DNA of 24,000 bases from Thermoflexus sp. (GTDB lineage Bacteria > Chloroflexota > Anaerolineae > Thermoflexales > Thermoflexaceae). The position numbers were made by a program, and so were the translations under genes. Below the pieces are notes generated by a model. It did not search any database, had not been told where the DNA came from, and saw nothing but the letters and a program-made list of their open reading frames with translations. Numbering within the stretch: position 1 is the first letter of the stretch; each line of letters starts with the position of its first letter. Where the stretch lies: contig NZ_JANWXB010000120.1 in NCBI RefSeq assembly GCF_025055495.1, positions 1 through 24,000 on the forward strand. The letters run 5' to 3'. This document shows positions 1 through 8,979 of the stretch, piece after piece.

Positions 1-95
1 GAAGGCGGCGCCCCAGCCCCAAAACCCGCGGGAGAGCTCGGAAGTCGCACACGGCGTTCCATATCTCCAACTACCTTAGCGGATGAGGTGCCTCT

Positions 96-1118
96 GTGGC
101 GCAGGCGTTGTTCATGGGAGGCCTTTCCTTCCTGCTGGCCGTCGTCTGGGGTCCGCCCCTGATTCGCTGGCTGCGGGCGAACGGGATCGGGAAGAAGATC
201 CGGATTGAGGGACCACGGACCCATCTGGTGAAGATGGGGACGCCCACAATGGGCGGCCTGATGATTGTGGTGCCGGTTGTGATGCTAACACTGATCTTAA
301 ACATCGGGAACCTGATTGCCAACACGGAGGCGGGGCGAGCCTTCCTGAAACAGATGGGGTGGCCGGGGGATCAGCTGATCGGACGTTCGATCCTGGTGCC
401 GGTGGCGGCCATGCTGGCCTTTGGGGCTCTGGGCGCCGTGGATGATTGGATGGGCACCCGGGGAGGCGGAGGGCTCCTGGCCCGTCATAAATTCCCGATC
501 CAGATCGCCCTCGGGACCGCCCTGGCGCTGGTGTTGCATTTCGGGATGGACCTGCGCAGCGTGGCCATCCCGACAGTGCCGCAGAAGATCGACATCGGGC
601 TCTTCTACCTTCCGATCGCGGTGTTCATCATCGTGGGCTCGGCCAACGCGGTGAACTTCACGGATGGCCTGGACGGCCTAGCCGGGATCATCACCGCGAC
701 GAGCTTCATGGCCTACGGCGTGATCGCCTATCTCCAGGGCCAGATCTATCTGGCCACGTTCTCCTTCATTGTGGTGGGGGCCTGCCTGGCTTTTCTGTGG
801 TTCAACGCCCATCCCGCCCAGCTGATCATGGGAGACATCGGCTCCCAGGCCCTGGGGGCGACCCTGGGGGTGGTGGCCCTGATGACCGGCCAGTGGCTCC
901 TGTTGCCGATTGTGGCGCTGATCCCGGTGGTGGAGACCCTCTCGGTGATTTTGCAGGTGGCCTACTTCAAATGGACCCGGGGGAAGCGGCTGTTCCGCAT
1001 GAGCCCGATCCACCATCATTTCGAGTTGCTCGGGTGGTCCGAGACACAGGTGGTGCAGCGGTTCTGGTTGATCGCCATCTGGTCCTCCATGATCGGCGTG
1101 GCGCTGGCGTTGTTATAA
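96..1118 (+). CDS. mraY: Phospho-N-acetylmuramoyl-pentapeptide transferase MraY
   Basis: 340-aa polytopic membrane ORF with MraY hallmarks read from the translation (GTPTMGG, AVDDWMG, NAVNFTDGLDGLAG, MGDIGSQALGA, SPIHHHFE). GTG start at 96 is preceded by GAGGTG (85-90), and an in-frame stop at 84-86 excludes a longer N-terminus. First gene of a classical dcw order. Confidence 0.93.
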   Translation: MAQALFMGGLSFLLAVVWGPPLIRWLRANGIGKKIRIEGPRTHLVKMGTPTMGGLMIVVPVVMLTLILNIGNLIANTEAGRAFLKQMGWPGDQLIGRSILVPVAAMLAFGALGAVDDWMGTRGGGGLLARHKFPIQIALGTALALVLHFGMDLRSVAIPTVPQKIDIGLFYLPIAVFIIVGSANAVNFTDGLDGLAGIITATSFMAYGVIAYLQGQIYLATFSFIVVGACLAFLWFNAHPAQLIMGDIGSQALGATLGVVALMTGQWLLLPIVALIPVVETLSVILQVAYFKWTRGKRLFRMSPIHHHFELLGWSETQVVQRFWLIAIWSSMIGVALALL

Positions 1119-1124
1119 AAACTA

Positions 1125-1144
1125 CAGCAGCGAATCCGCTGCTG
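1125..1144 (+). repeat. Perfect 8-bp inverted repeat (CAGCAGCG-AATC-CGCTGCTG) in the mraY-murD spacer
   Basis: Read directly from the sequence. No U-tract follows, so it is not a canonical terminator. It may be an mRNA hairpin of unknown role. Confidence 0.5.
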
Positions 1145-1171
1145 CGGGAACCATCACGTTGCGAGAGGGCG

Positions 1172-2548
1172 ATGAGGGATCTCGTTGGTGCTCGTGTGGT
1201 GATCCTGGGGTTGGGCCGGCAGGGATCGGCGCTGGCCCGCTGGCTGGTGCGACAGGGCGCCGAGGTCACCGTCAGCGATCGACAGCCGGCCGATCGCCTT
1301 CAGGGCTTCCTGCACACCCTGGAAGGCCTGCCCATCCAGTATGTGCTCGGGCATCATCCCCTGTCGCTGCTGGAAGGTTGTGATCTCCTCTGCCTGAGCG
1401 GGGGCGTTCCTCTGGACACTCCGATTGTCCAGGAGGCGATCCGGCGAGGGATCCCCCTCGCCAACGACGCGCAGCTGTTCCTGGAGCGCTGCCGGGGATG
1501 GACAGCAGGGATCACGGGCTCCTCCGGGAAGACGACCACGACGGCGCTTGTGGGGGCGATGTGCCAGGCGGCGGGGTTCCGAACTTGGGTGGGCGGGAAC
1601 ATCGGCAACCCGCTGATCGAATTCGTCGAGGAGATCGGACCGGAGGATCGGGTGGTGCTGGAGCTCTCCAGTTTCCAGCTGGAGATCATGACGGTGAGCC
1701 CGCGGGTGGCGGCCGTGTTAAACATCACCCCGAACCATCTGGATCGTCATAAGACGATGGAAGCCTACATCGCTGCTAAACAACGGATCCTCGACTTCCA
1801 GGATGTCGAAGACATCGCGGTGCTGGGTTACGACGATCTGAACGCTCGATCCCTGGCGGCGGCGGTGCGGGGGCGGCTGCGGTTCTTCAGTCGGGAACGG
1901 GAGGTCGCCCGCGGAGCCTTCCTCCGGGGGGAGACCCTCTTCTTGCGCCTGGGAACGGATGCCTGGCCCATCTGTCCGGTGGGGGAGGTGCGCCTGCGGG
2001 GCCGGCACAATTTGTGGAACGTCCTTGCGGCGGCGGCCATCGCCGGCAGCCTGGGGGCGGATCTGGGGGCGATCCGCGAGGTGGCGACGACTTTCTCTGG
2101 CGTGCCCCATCGTCTGGAGCTGGTGCGGGAGGTGCGGGGGGTGCGCTATGTCAACGATTCCATCGCCACGACCCCGGAGCGGGTGCGGATGGCTCTCGAG
2201 GCTTTCGAGGAACCTCTGGTGTTGCTGGCGGGGGGACGGGATAAGCAGCTCCCATGGGATGAAGCCGCGCGGGATATCGCCCGGCGGGTCCGGGTGCTGA
2301 TCTGCTTCGGCGAGATGGGGGATCGGATTGCGGAGGCTGTTCGGATCGCCCGGGCGGGCATCGGAGAGGCCACCCTGGAGCGGGTAGAGCGGGTGGGCAC
2401 GCTGGAGGAAGCGGTGGCGCTGGCCGCCCGGCTGGCTCGCCCGGGAGAGGTGGTGTTGTTGTCTCCAGGAGGGACCAGTTACGATGCCTATCGGGATTTC
2501 GAGGAGCGCGGCGCCCATTTCCGTCAGCTGGTGGAGGCCCTGGGATGA
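1172..2548 (+). CDS. murD: UDP-N-acetylmuramoylalanine--D-glutamate ligase MurD
   Basis: Internal ATG of the 797..2548 ORF. The N-terminal Rossmann-like VVILGLGRQGSALARWL sets the start. Mur-ligase P-loop ITGSSGKTTTTALVG and C-terminal LLSPGGTSYDAYRDFEERG are present. Positioned between mraY and ftsW. Confidence 0.93.
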   Translation: MRDLVGARVVILGLGRQGSALARWLVRQGAEVTVSDRQPADRLQGFLHTLEGLPIQYVLGHHPLSLLEGCDLLCLSGGVPLDTPIVQEAIRRGIPLANDAQLFLERCRGWTAGITGSSGKTTTTALVGAMCQAAGFRTWVGGNIGNPLIEFVEEIGPEDRVVLELSSFQLEIMTVSPRVAAVLNITPNHLDRHKTMEAYIAAKQRILDFQDVEDIAVLGYDDLNARSLAAAVRGRLRFFSREREVARGAFLRGETLFLRLGTDAWPICPVGEVRLRGRHNLWNVLAAAAIAGSLGADLGAIREVATTFSGVPHRLELVREVRGVRYVNDSIATTPERVRMALEAFEEPLVLLAGGRDKQLPWDEAARDIARRVRVLICFGEMGDRIAEAVRIARAGIGEATLERVERVGTLEEAVALAARLARPGEVVLLSPGGTSYDAYRDFEERGAHFRQLVEALG

Positions 2549-3771
2549 CCACGGTGCGAAAGCAGTGGTATGGGTCGTCGATTCCACGGGATGGGCCGTT
2601 GACGCTGCCCGGGCTCACCTCCCTGGAACTGGGCTTGTTGGTCCTGCTGGTCACCCTGGTGCTGGCGGGTTTGTTGCTGGTTTACAGCGCCACCTACTAT
2701 CTGGCGCGACAGATTTTCGATGATCCGTTTTATTTCGTCCGACGCCAGGCTGGAGCCGCGCTGGCGGGAACGCTCGCCCTCCTGGGGGTGTGGCGGATGG
2801 ACTATCGGCGTCTGCAGCGATTTTCGATCCCCCTGATGCTCCTGGGGGTGGCTTCTCTCATTGCCGTGCTCTTCGTGGGGGAAGAGCGGCTGGGCGCCCG
2901 ACGGGCTTTCTCCGGTGGCTCCTTCCAGCCTTCGGAGTTCGTCAAGCCGATCATCATTCTGTATCTGGCAACGTGGTTGCCAACCAAGGGCGAACGCTTG
3001 CGGGAGTTCGGCCGCGGGTTCCTTCCATTCCTAATGGTGTTGAGCGTGGTGGTCATCCCGATCTTCCTGCAACCGGATCTGGGGACTGGGATGCTGATCG
3101 GGATGGTCGCCGCCTGGATGTTCGTGGCTTCCGGTGCTACTCCGATCCAGGTGCTCCTTGGATTGGCGCTGGGGGCAGGGGTGTTCGGAGTCCTAGTGCA
3201 AGTGCATCCCCATGCGATGGCGCGGTTGCTGGATTACCTGGAGGCCCTGAGAGGCCCAGAAGGCGCCCAGGGACATCTGAGCGCGGTCTGGCAGGCGATC
3301 CGCTCAGGGGGCCTCTTCGGGAGGGGGCCGGGGGCGATCCTCTACACCCTCAGCGGCCGGGTGCCGCTTCCCCATTCCGACAGCGCCTTCGCCGTAGTGG
3401 GAGAGGCCTTTGGGTTCGTCGGCGTGATGGGGCTGATCAGCCTGTTGAGCCTCTGGGTGTTCCTGGGGTTCCGTGTGGCTCGACAGGCGTGCGATGCCTT
3501 CGGCGGCCTGTTGGCGTTGGGAGTGACGCTGTGGATCGCATGGCAGGGATTGATCAATCTGGGTGGGCTGACGGGCGTGATCCCTTTCTCGGGAATCCCC
3601 TTCCCGTTTATCAGCTACGGCGGCTCCGCCCTGCTCAGCGAGTTGATCGGCGCAGGGATGTTGCTCAGCGTCGCCAGGAGGCGGGGGGATGAGGATCTGG
3701 ATCGCCGCGGGCGGGACCGGCGGGCACATCTATCCGGCGCTGGCCGTCGCGGAGGCGCTCCGGGCCGTTGA
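2545..3771 (+). CDS. ftsW: SEDS-family peptidoglycan glycosyltransferase FtsW
   Basis: 408-aa multi-TM ORF with SEDS motifs (PSEFVKPIIILYLA, QPDLGTGML, HSDSAFAVVGEAFGF, FPFISYGGSALL). ATGA overlap with the murD stop, and GGAGG 7 nt upstream. Called ftsW rather than rodA from its dcw position. The last 27 codons run out of frame over the murG start. Confidence 0.9.
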   Translation: MTTVRKQWYGSSIPRDGPLTLPGLTSLELGLLVLLVTLVLAGLLLVYSATYYLARQIFDDPFYFVRRQAGAALAGTLALLGVWRMDYRRLQRFSIPLMLLGVASLIAVLFVGEERLGARRAFSGGSFQPSEFVKPIIILYLATWLPTKGERLREFGRGFLPFLMVLSVVVIPIFLQPDLGTGMLIGMVAAWMFVASGATPIQVLLGLALGAGVFGVLVQVHPHAMARLLDYLEALRGPEGAQGHLSAVWQAIRSGGLFGRGPGAILYTLSGRVPLPHSDSAFAVVGEAFGFVGVMGLISLLSLWVFLGFRVARQACDAFGGLLALGVTLWIAWQGLINLGGLTGVIPFSGIPFPFISYGGSALLSELIGAGMLLSVARRRGDEDLDRRGRDRRAHLSGAGRRGGAPGR

Positions 3772-4837
3772 TCCGGACCTGGAGCTGATCTGGGTGGGCA
3801 CGCGGGAAGGGATGGAGGCCCGTCTCATTCCCCCGCGCGGTTATCCGTTTCTTCCTGTGGAAGCGGGCGGTGTGTATGGGATGGGTTGGCGGCGGGGATG
3901 GAAGGGGCTCTGGCGGGTGGTTCGGGGGACCCTTCAGGCCTGGCGGGAGATGGGTCGGCGACGCCCTCAGGTGGTGTTCACCACCGGAGGATTTGTGTCG
4001 ATCCCGGCGGCCCTCGCCGCGGCAGGATCTGGGGTTCCGATCCTGGTTTACCTGCCGGACATCGAACCGGGCCTTGCGGTCCGTATCCTGTCCCGTCTGG
4101 CCGCCTGGGTGGCGGTGACCGCGCCGGAAGCCGGGGAGGCCTTGCGAAGGCCGGCGGTGGTCACCGGGTATCCGGTGCGTCGCGCGCTGGTGGAGGCGGC
4201 TCGATCTCAGGAAGAGACCCGTCAGCGAGGGCTCGCCCGCTGGAGGTTCCATCCGGAGGTTCCGGTGGTGCTGGTGTTTGGGGGAAGTCGAGGGGCTCGC
4301 CGGCTGAACCAAGCGGTCGCTCGGCATCTGGAGACGCTGACAGCGGAGGCGCAGGTGCTCCATCTCACCGGACCGGCGGATCTGGAGGCCATGCAACGAC
4401 GGCGAATGGAGCTCCCTCCCGAGGGCCGGGTCCGTTATCAACCGGTGGCGTATCTGGACGAAGAGATGGGGGAAGCGCTGGCGATGGCGGATCTGGCCGT
4501 GTGCCGGGCAGGGGCCTCCACCCTGGGGGAACTTCCTCTGTTCGGGCTGCCGGCGGTGCTGGTGCCTTATCCTTACGTGCGGCGCCATCAGGAACGCAAC
4601 GCCGCCTATCTGGTCCGGCACGGAGGCGCCGTGATGATCCCGGACGAGGAGATCGAGGAGCGGCTGGGGGAAGTCGTGCGGGATCTCCTGCGCAACCCGG
4701 GCCGTCTGAGCCAAATGCGCCGCCGGATGGCGGCGCTGGCCCGGCCGGAGGCAGCGGATCGCCTGGCCGCCCTGGTGATGGAGCAAATGAAAGGTCTGGG
4801 CTCCGTTCAGGCCGTCCGGGTGGGGAGGGGGCAATGA
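3689..4837 (+). CDS. murG: Undecaprenyldiphospho-muramoylpentapeptide beta-N-acetylglucosaminyltransferase MurG
   Basis: 382 aa. N-terminal G-loop MRIWIAAGGTGGHIYPALAVAEAL fixes the start at 3689. VFGGSRGARRLN and CRAGASTLGEL are present. AGGAGG at 3676-3681. Confidence 0.93.
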   Translation: MRIWIAAGGTGGHIYPALAVAEALRAVDPDLELIWVGTREGMEARLIPPRGYPFLPVEAGGVYGMGWRRGWKGLWRVVRGTLQAWREMGRRRPQVVFTTGGFVSIPAALAAAGSGVPILVYLPDIEPGLAVRILSRLAAWVAVTAPEAGEALRRPAVVTGYPVRRALVEAARSQEETRQRGLARWRFHPEVPVVLVFGGSRGARRLNQAVARHLETLTAEAQVLHLTGPADLEAMQRRRMELPPEGRVRYQPVAYLDEEMGEALAMADLAVCRAGASTLGELPLFGLPAVLVPYPYVRRHQERNAAYLVRHGGAVMIPDEEIEERLGEVVRDLLRNPGRLSQMRRRMAALARPEAADRLAALVMEQMKGLGSVQAVRVGRGQ

Positions 4838-5358
4838 TTGCATTGCACATGGTCTTCTGGGCCTTTGTGCTTCTCTTCGCCTTGATTGGTGCATTGCGAG
4901 GGGTAGCCAAGGAGATCCTGGTCAGCGCCTCGATCGTGGGGGTCATGTTCTTCTTCAGCCTGCTGCAGCAATTCGCGCCAGCCGTTTGGGAGTCGTTCAC
5001 CAGAGATCCAGCCACCGGGTTTTTTGCCGAGACGATTGCGATTGGCATAGCAGCGTTCTTTGGTTACGCGGGGCCTGCTCTGTCCGTGCAGTTAGCCGGT
5101 CGGGCGAAGCGGGAGAAGGGCGTGGAGATCATCGCGGGTTTCGCCGCTGGGGCCATTAACGGATGGTTGATCGCTGGCTCGATCCTGTTCTTCCTGCACC
5201 GCGCGGGATATCCCTTCCCGGAGGTCCTGCAACCTCCGGGCCCCAACAGCCCGATGATGGATCTGCTGTCCTGGATGCCTCCCGCGGTGCTGAAGCCACC
5301 ACTTCTCTACTTTATGGTGGTTATCATGCTGTTCGCGCTGTTGGTATTTTATCTCTAA
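4834..5358 (+). CDS. Small integral membrane protein, CvpA-like (about 5 predicted TM helices), function unknown
   Basis: Internal ATG at 4834 of the 3886..5358 ORF, forming an ATGA overlap with the murG stop, with GGAGG 5 nt upstream. 174 aa. The N-terminus VFWAFVLLFALIGALRGVAKEIL resembles the CvpA-family N-terminal helix plus basic turn. Hydrophobic segments recur through to the C-terminus. Family assignment is from memory of the motif style, not a search. Confidence 0.6.
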   Translation: MIALHMVFWAFVLLFALIGALRGVAKEILVSASIVGVMFFFSLLQQFAPAVWESFTRDPATGFFAETIAIGIAAFFGYAGPALSVQLAGRAKREKGVEIIAGFAAGAINGWLIAGSILFFLHRAGYPFPEVLQPPGPNSPMMDLLSWMPPAVLKPPLLYFMVVIMLFALLVFYL

Positions 5359-5448
5359 CGGAGGTGGGTGCGGGCTGCCGAAGGCGGCCTGTGCCCATCT
5401 CCAACGCGCGGCCCTGCCGGCCGTGGAGAGGGGCGAATTCGCAATCCG

Positions 5449-6846
5449 ATGGGGAAAACCGGAATGGTGCAGTTGCGGCCTAACCTGACGTTTCATCTGA
5501 TCGGCATCGGCGGGGCCGGGCTCTCGGCCCTGGCGACGGTGCTGCATGAGGCCGGGTATGCAGTGAGCGGGTGCGATCGCTCTCCCTCACCCTTCGTGGA
5601 CTCCCTTCGCGCCCTGGGCGTTCCGGTGCATCTGGGCCACGATCCCGCCCACGTTCAGTATGCGGGGGTGGTCGTGCGCTCTTCCGCCGTCCCGCCGGAT
5701 CATCCGGAGGTCCGGGCGGCGGAGGAGCTGGGTCGACCGGTGGTGAAACGGGAGGCGGTGATCGGGGCGCTGATGGCCGACCGGATGGGGATCGCGGTGG
5801 CGGGGACGCATGGGAAGACCACGACCACGGCGATGCTGGCCTGGATCGCTATGGCCGCCGGCCGCGATCCGTCCTTCATCGTCGGCGGCCTGATCCGGGG
5901 CCTGAACCGCAACGCGCGGGCGGGGCGTGGGGATCTCTTCATCGTGGAGGCCGATGAATACGACCGGATGTTCCTGGGATTGCGGCCGCGGATTGCGGTG
6001 GTGACAACGATTGAACATGATCACCCGGATTGTTACCCGACGCCGGAGGCTTTCTTCGATGCGTTCGTGACGTTTGTGGAGCGAGTGCCATCCGATGGGA
6101 TTCTGGTGGCATGTGATGCGGATCCCGGGGCCCGCCGTCTGGCAGACCGGGTAGAGGCCCATGGCCGAGCCGTGATGCGGTATGGCTGGGGGCCTCCCGC
6201 CCTGTGGTGGGCCCGGCCCATGGCGGTGGATCGCTTTGAGATCTATCGGGGGGATCAGCCCATCGGCGAGCTGACGCTCCAGGTCCCCGGGCATCATCAC
6301 GGCTTGAACGCGTTGGCGGCGCTGGCGGTGGCGGAGGCGGTGGGGATCCCCCCGGCGAACGCCCTGGAAGCCCTGGGTCGATTCCCGGGCACAGCCCGGC
6401 GGTTTGAGGTGAAGGGCGAGGCGCAGGGGGTGCTGGTTATCGACGATTACGCCCATCACCCCGGAGAGATCCGGGCCACGCTCCGGGCCGCCCGCGCCCG
6501 GTATCCACGCCGTCCGATCTGGGCGGTGTTCCAGCCTCATACCTACAGCCGGACACGGGCGTTGTTGAAGGAATTCGCGCAGGCCTTCGAAGATGCCGAC
6601 CATGTGATTCTCACCCCGATCTACGCGGCTCGCGAGACGGACACCCTCGGGGTGAGCAGCCAGGATATCGTCCAGCAGATGATCCATCCGGATGCCCGAC
6701 ATTTTCCGGATTTCGATACCGCGATCGCTTATCTGAAGGAACATATCCGACCTGGGGATGTCGTGTTGACCCTGGGCGCCGGGGATGGATACCGGATTGG
6801 AGAGCGGTTATTAGATCTCTTGGGCCAGTCGGGGGAAGGACGATGA
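5449..6846 (+). CDS. murC: UDP-N-acetylmuramate--L-alanine ligase MurC
   Basis: Motifs HLIGIGGAGLSALATVL, VAGTHGKTTTTAMLA and VIDDYAHHPGEI. The start is uncertain. ATG 5449 or ATG 5464 gives an N-terminal length typical of MurC. GTG 5368 (GGAGG only 3 nt upstream) would add a Gly/Arg/Pro-rich 27-aa extension. Confidence 0.88.
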   Translation: MGKTGMVQLRPNLTFHLIGIGGAGLSALATVLHEAGYAVSGCDRSPSPFVDSLRALGVPVHLGHDPAHVQYAGVVVRSSAVPPDHPEVRAAEELGRPVVKREAVIGALMADRMGIAVAGTHGKTTTTAMLAWIAMAAGRDPSFIVGGLIRGLNRNARAGRGDLFIVEADEYDRMFLGLRPRIAVVTTIEHDHPDCYPTPEAFFDAFVTFVERVPSDGILVACDADPGARRLADRVEAHGRAVMRYGWGPPALWWARPMAVDRFEIYRGDQPIGELTLQVPGHHHGLNALAALAVAEAVGIPPANALEALGRFPGTARRFEVKGEAQGVLVIDDYAHHPGEIRATLRAARARYPRRPIWAVFQPHTYSRTRALLKEFAQAFEDADHVILTPIYAARETDTLGVSSQDIVQQMIHPDARHFPDFDTAIAYLKEHIRPGDVVLTLGAGDGYRIGERLLDLLGQSGEGR

Positions 6847-7835
6847 AAGCGGCCTCCGAGGTCATCCCCGGCGAGGCCCTAACGGCGGCGCTGAGGCGAT
6901 GGGGACTGGCGCTGGAGCGGGATATTCCCCTGGCCCGGTTCACCACATCCCGCATCGGTGGGCCGGCGGATGCCCTGGTGATCGTGGAGGACGTCCAGGC
7001 GCTGGTGGATGTCGTGCGGGGCGCATGGTCGGATGGGATCCCGGTTACCCTGCTGGGCGGGGGCTCGAACGTCCTGATCGCCGACCGGGGGGTGCGGGGG
7101 CTGGTCGTGCTGAACCGGGCGCGGGCGTTGCGCTTCGAAACCGATGGGCGGGTGTGGGCGGCTTCTGGCGTCTTGCTGCCGACCCTGGCCCGGCTGTGCG
7201 CCGAACGGGGGTGGTCCGGCCTGGAGTGGGCCATCGGGATTCCCGGCACGGTGGGCGGAGCTGTGGTGGGCAACGCGGGAGCCCACGGAGGAGATATCGC
7301 GGGTTGCCTGGAGTCGGTGGAATTGCTGTTGCCGGAAGGGAGCATTGCGACCTGGGGCGCGGAGCAGCTGGAGCTGAGCTATCGAACCAGCCGGTTGAAG
7401 ACGTGGCCAACCGTGCCGCGGCCGGTGGTCCTCGCCGCCCGTTTCGCCCTTCGACCGGAGGATCCGGAGGCGATTCTGGAGCGGATGGCGGCCTTCAACG
7501 CTTACCGTCGACGCACCCAGCCGGGTGGGGCGAGCATCGGCTCGATGTTCCGGAACCCGCCCGGGGATTACGCTGGCCGTCTGATCGAAGCGGCGGGCCT
7601 CAAGGGGGCCCGCCGGGGAGCGATTGTGATTTCTACTCTGCATGCGAATTTCTTCATCAACGAGGGAGACGGCACGGCCGCCGACGTGCGGGCCCTGATG
7701 GTCGAGGTCCAGCGTTGTGTTCTGGAACGATTCGGCGTGCTCCTGGAGCCGGAGATCGAGTTCATCGGGGAGTGGGAGGATGAAACGACGGATCCGGGTG
7801 GGCGTGCTGTTCGGGGGAAAGTCCGGGGAGCATGA
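6843..7835 (+). CDS. murB: UDP-N-acetylenolpyruvoylglucosamine reductase MurB
   Basis: 330 aa. FAD-binding type motifs RIGGPADALV, LLGGGSNVLIAD and GIPGTVGGAVVGNAGAHG, plus GSMFRNP. ATGA overlap with the murC stop. The 3' end overlaps ddl by 56 nt. Confidence 0.92.
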   Translation: MKAASEVIPGEALTAALRRWGLALERDIPLARFTTSRIGGPADALVIVEDVQALVDVVRGAWSDGIPVTLLGGGSNVLIADRGVRGLVVLNRARALRFETDGRVWAASGVLLPTLARLCAERGWSGLEWAIGIPGTVGGAVVGNAGAHGGDIAGCLESVELLLPEGSIATWGAEQLELSYRTSRLKTWPTVPRPVVLAARFALRPEDPEAILERMAAFNAYRRRTQPGGASIGSMFRNPPGDYAGRLIEAAGLKGARRGAIVISTLHANFFINEGDGTAADVRALMVEVQRCVLERFGVLLEPEIEFIGEWEDETTDPGGRAVRGKVRGA

Positions 7836-8979
7836 GGTGAGTCTCCTGTCGGCCCAATCGGTGATCCGGGCGCTGGACAAGACGAAATACGAGGTGATCC
7901 CCATCGGGATCACCAAAGAGGGCCGCTGGCTCACCCGGGGGGATCCGATGAAGGCCCTGACAGGCGGGGCAGTGACAATGGCCGATTTGCTGGGAACGCC
8001 GCCCGTTATAGAGCCGGAATCAACCGCTTATCTGGCTGTTCCCCCGCGTCGGGAGCTGATCCCGGGAGTCCAGGCGGATGGGATCCCAGAGGTGGATGTG
8101 ATCTTCCCGGTGCTTCACGGACCTTTCGGGGAGGATGGGACGATCCAGGGATTACTGGAATTGGCGAATATTCCCTATGTCGGCGCGGGGGTGCTGGCCT
8201 CGGCCGTGGGAATGGATAAGGCGGTGATGAAGGATGTGTTCCGGGCCCATGGCCTCCCGGTTGCTCGTTACATCGTGGTCTTCCGACGGGAGTGGGAGCG
8301 GGATCCGGAAGACGTGATGGATCGAATTGAGCGCGAGATCGGGTTTCCGTGCTTCGTCAAGCCGGCCAACCTGGGTTCCAGCGTAGGCGTTTCCAAAGTG
8401 AAGCGACGGGAGGAACTCCCGATCGCTCTGCCGGAGGCGGCCCGTTACGGGCGCAAGATGCTGGTCGAACGGGCGGTCCCAGCGGCCCGGGAGATCGAGG
8501 TCAGTGTGCTGGGGAATGAGGACCCTATTGCCTCGGTGCCGGGCGAGGTGATCCCGGCGGGGGAATTTTACGACTATGCCGCGAAGTATCTGGACGATCG
8601 AACCCAACTGGTGATCCCGGCCCCGCTGGATGAGGCGCTGGCGGAGCGGATCCGATCCCTGGCCCTGGCGGCCTTTCGGGCGATCGATGCATGCGGGATG
8701 GCTCGGGTGGATTTCCTGCTCTCCCGGGAGACGGGGGAGCTGGTGGTCAATGAGATCAACACCATCCCAGGCTTCACAGCGGTCAGCATGTATCCGCGCC
8801 TGTGGGAGGCCAGCGGCCTGTCGTATCCGACGTTGCTGGATCGACTGATCGAACTGGCGCTGGAGCGGTATCAGGATCGCCAGCGGGATGCCATTGCTTA
8901 CGAGGGGCTGACATGGCTTTCTTCCAGTCGCGCCGACGGCGCGCTGCGAGAAGACGACAGCGAACCTTCCACTCGGTGA
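7780..8979 (+). CDS. ddl: D-alanine--D-alanine ligase Ddl
   Basis: Internal ATG of the 7717..8979 ORF. N-terminus MKRRIRVGVLFGGKSGEHEVSLLSA, then FPVLHGPFGEDGTIQGLLE, FVKPANLGSSVGVSKV and NEINTIPGFT (ATP-grasp). 399 aa, with a roughly 40-aa non-conserved acidic C-terminal tail. Confidence 0.92.
   Translation: MKRRIRVGVLFGGKSGEHEVSLLSAQSVIRALDKTKYEVIPIGITKEGRWLTRGDPMKALTGGAVTMADLLGTPPVIEPESTAYLAVPPRRELIPGVQADGIPEVDVIFPVLHGPFGEDGTIQGLLELANIPYVGAGVLASAVGMDKAVMKDVFRAHGLPVARYIVVFRREWERDPEDVMDRIEREIGFPCFVKPANLGSSVGVSKVKRREELPIALPEAARYGRKMLVERAVPAAREIEVSVLGNEDPIASVPGEVIPAGEFYDYAAKYLDDRTQLVIPAPLDEALAERIRSLALAAFRAIDACGMARVDFLLSRETGELVVNEINTIPGFTAVSMYPRLWEASGLSYPTLLDRLIELALERYQDRQRDAIAYEGLTWLSSSRADGALREDDSEPSTR

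Noticed and set aside
1-95. Possible 3' end of an upstream gene (murF expected by synteny). Frame 2 is open to TAG at 74-76 and frame 3 to TGA at 84-86.
   Set aside because: At most about 25-28 codons are visible and they carry no recognisable motif. The frame cannot be assigned from this fragment.
797-2548. 5'-extended versions of real genes in the ORF track: 797.. for murD, 3886.. for the CvpA-like gene, 7717.. for ddl, 8802.. for ftsQ, 15596.. for LCP and 5368.. for murC.
   Set aside because: The extensions are Gly/Arg/Pro-rich read-through of the upstream gene in another frame. Conserved N-terminal motifs and SD sequences support the internal start codons instead. For murC and LCP the choice remains somewhat uncertain.
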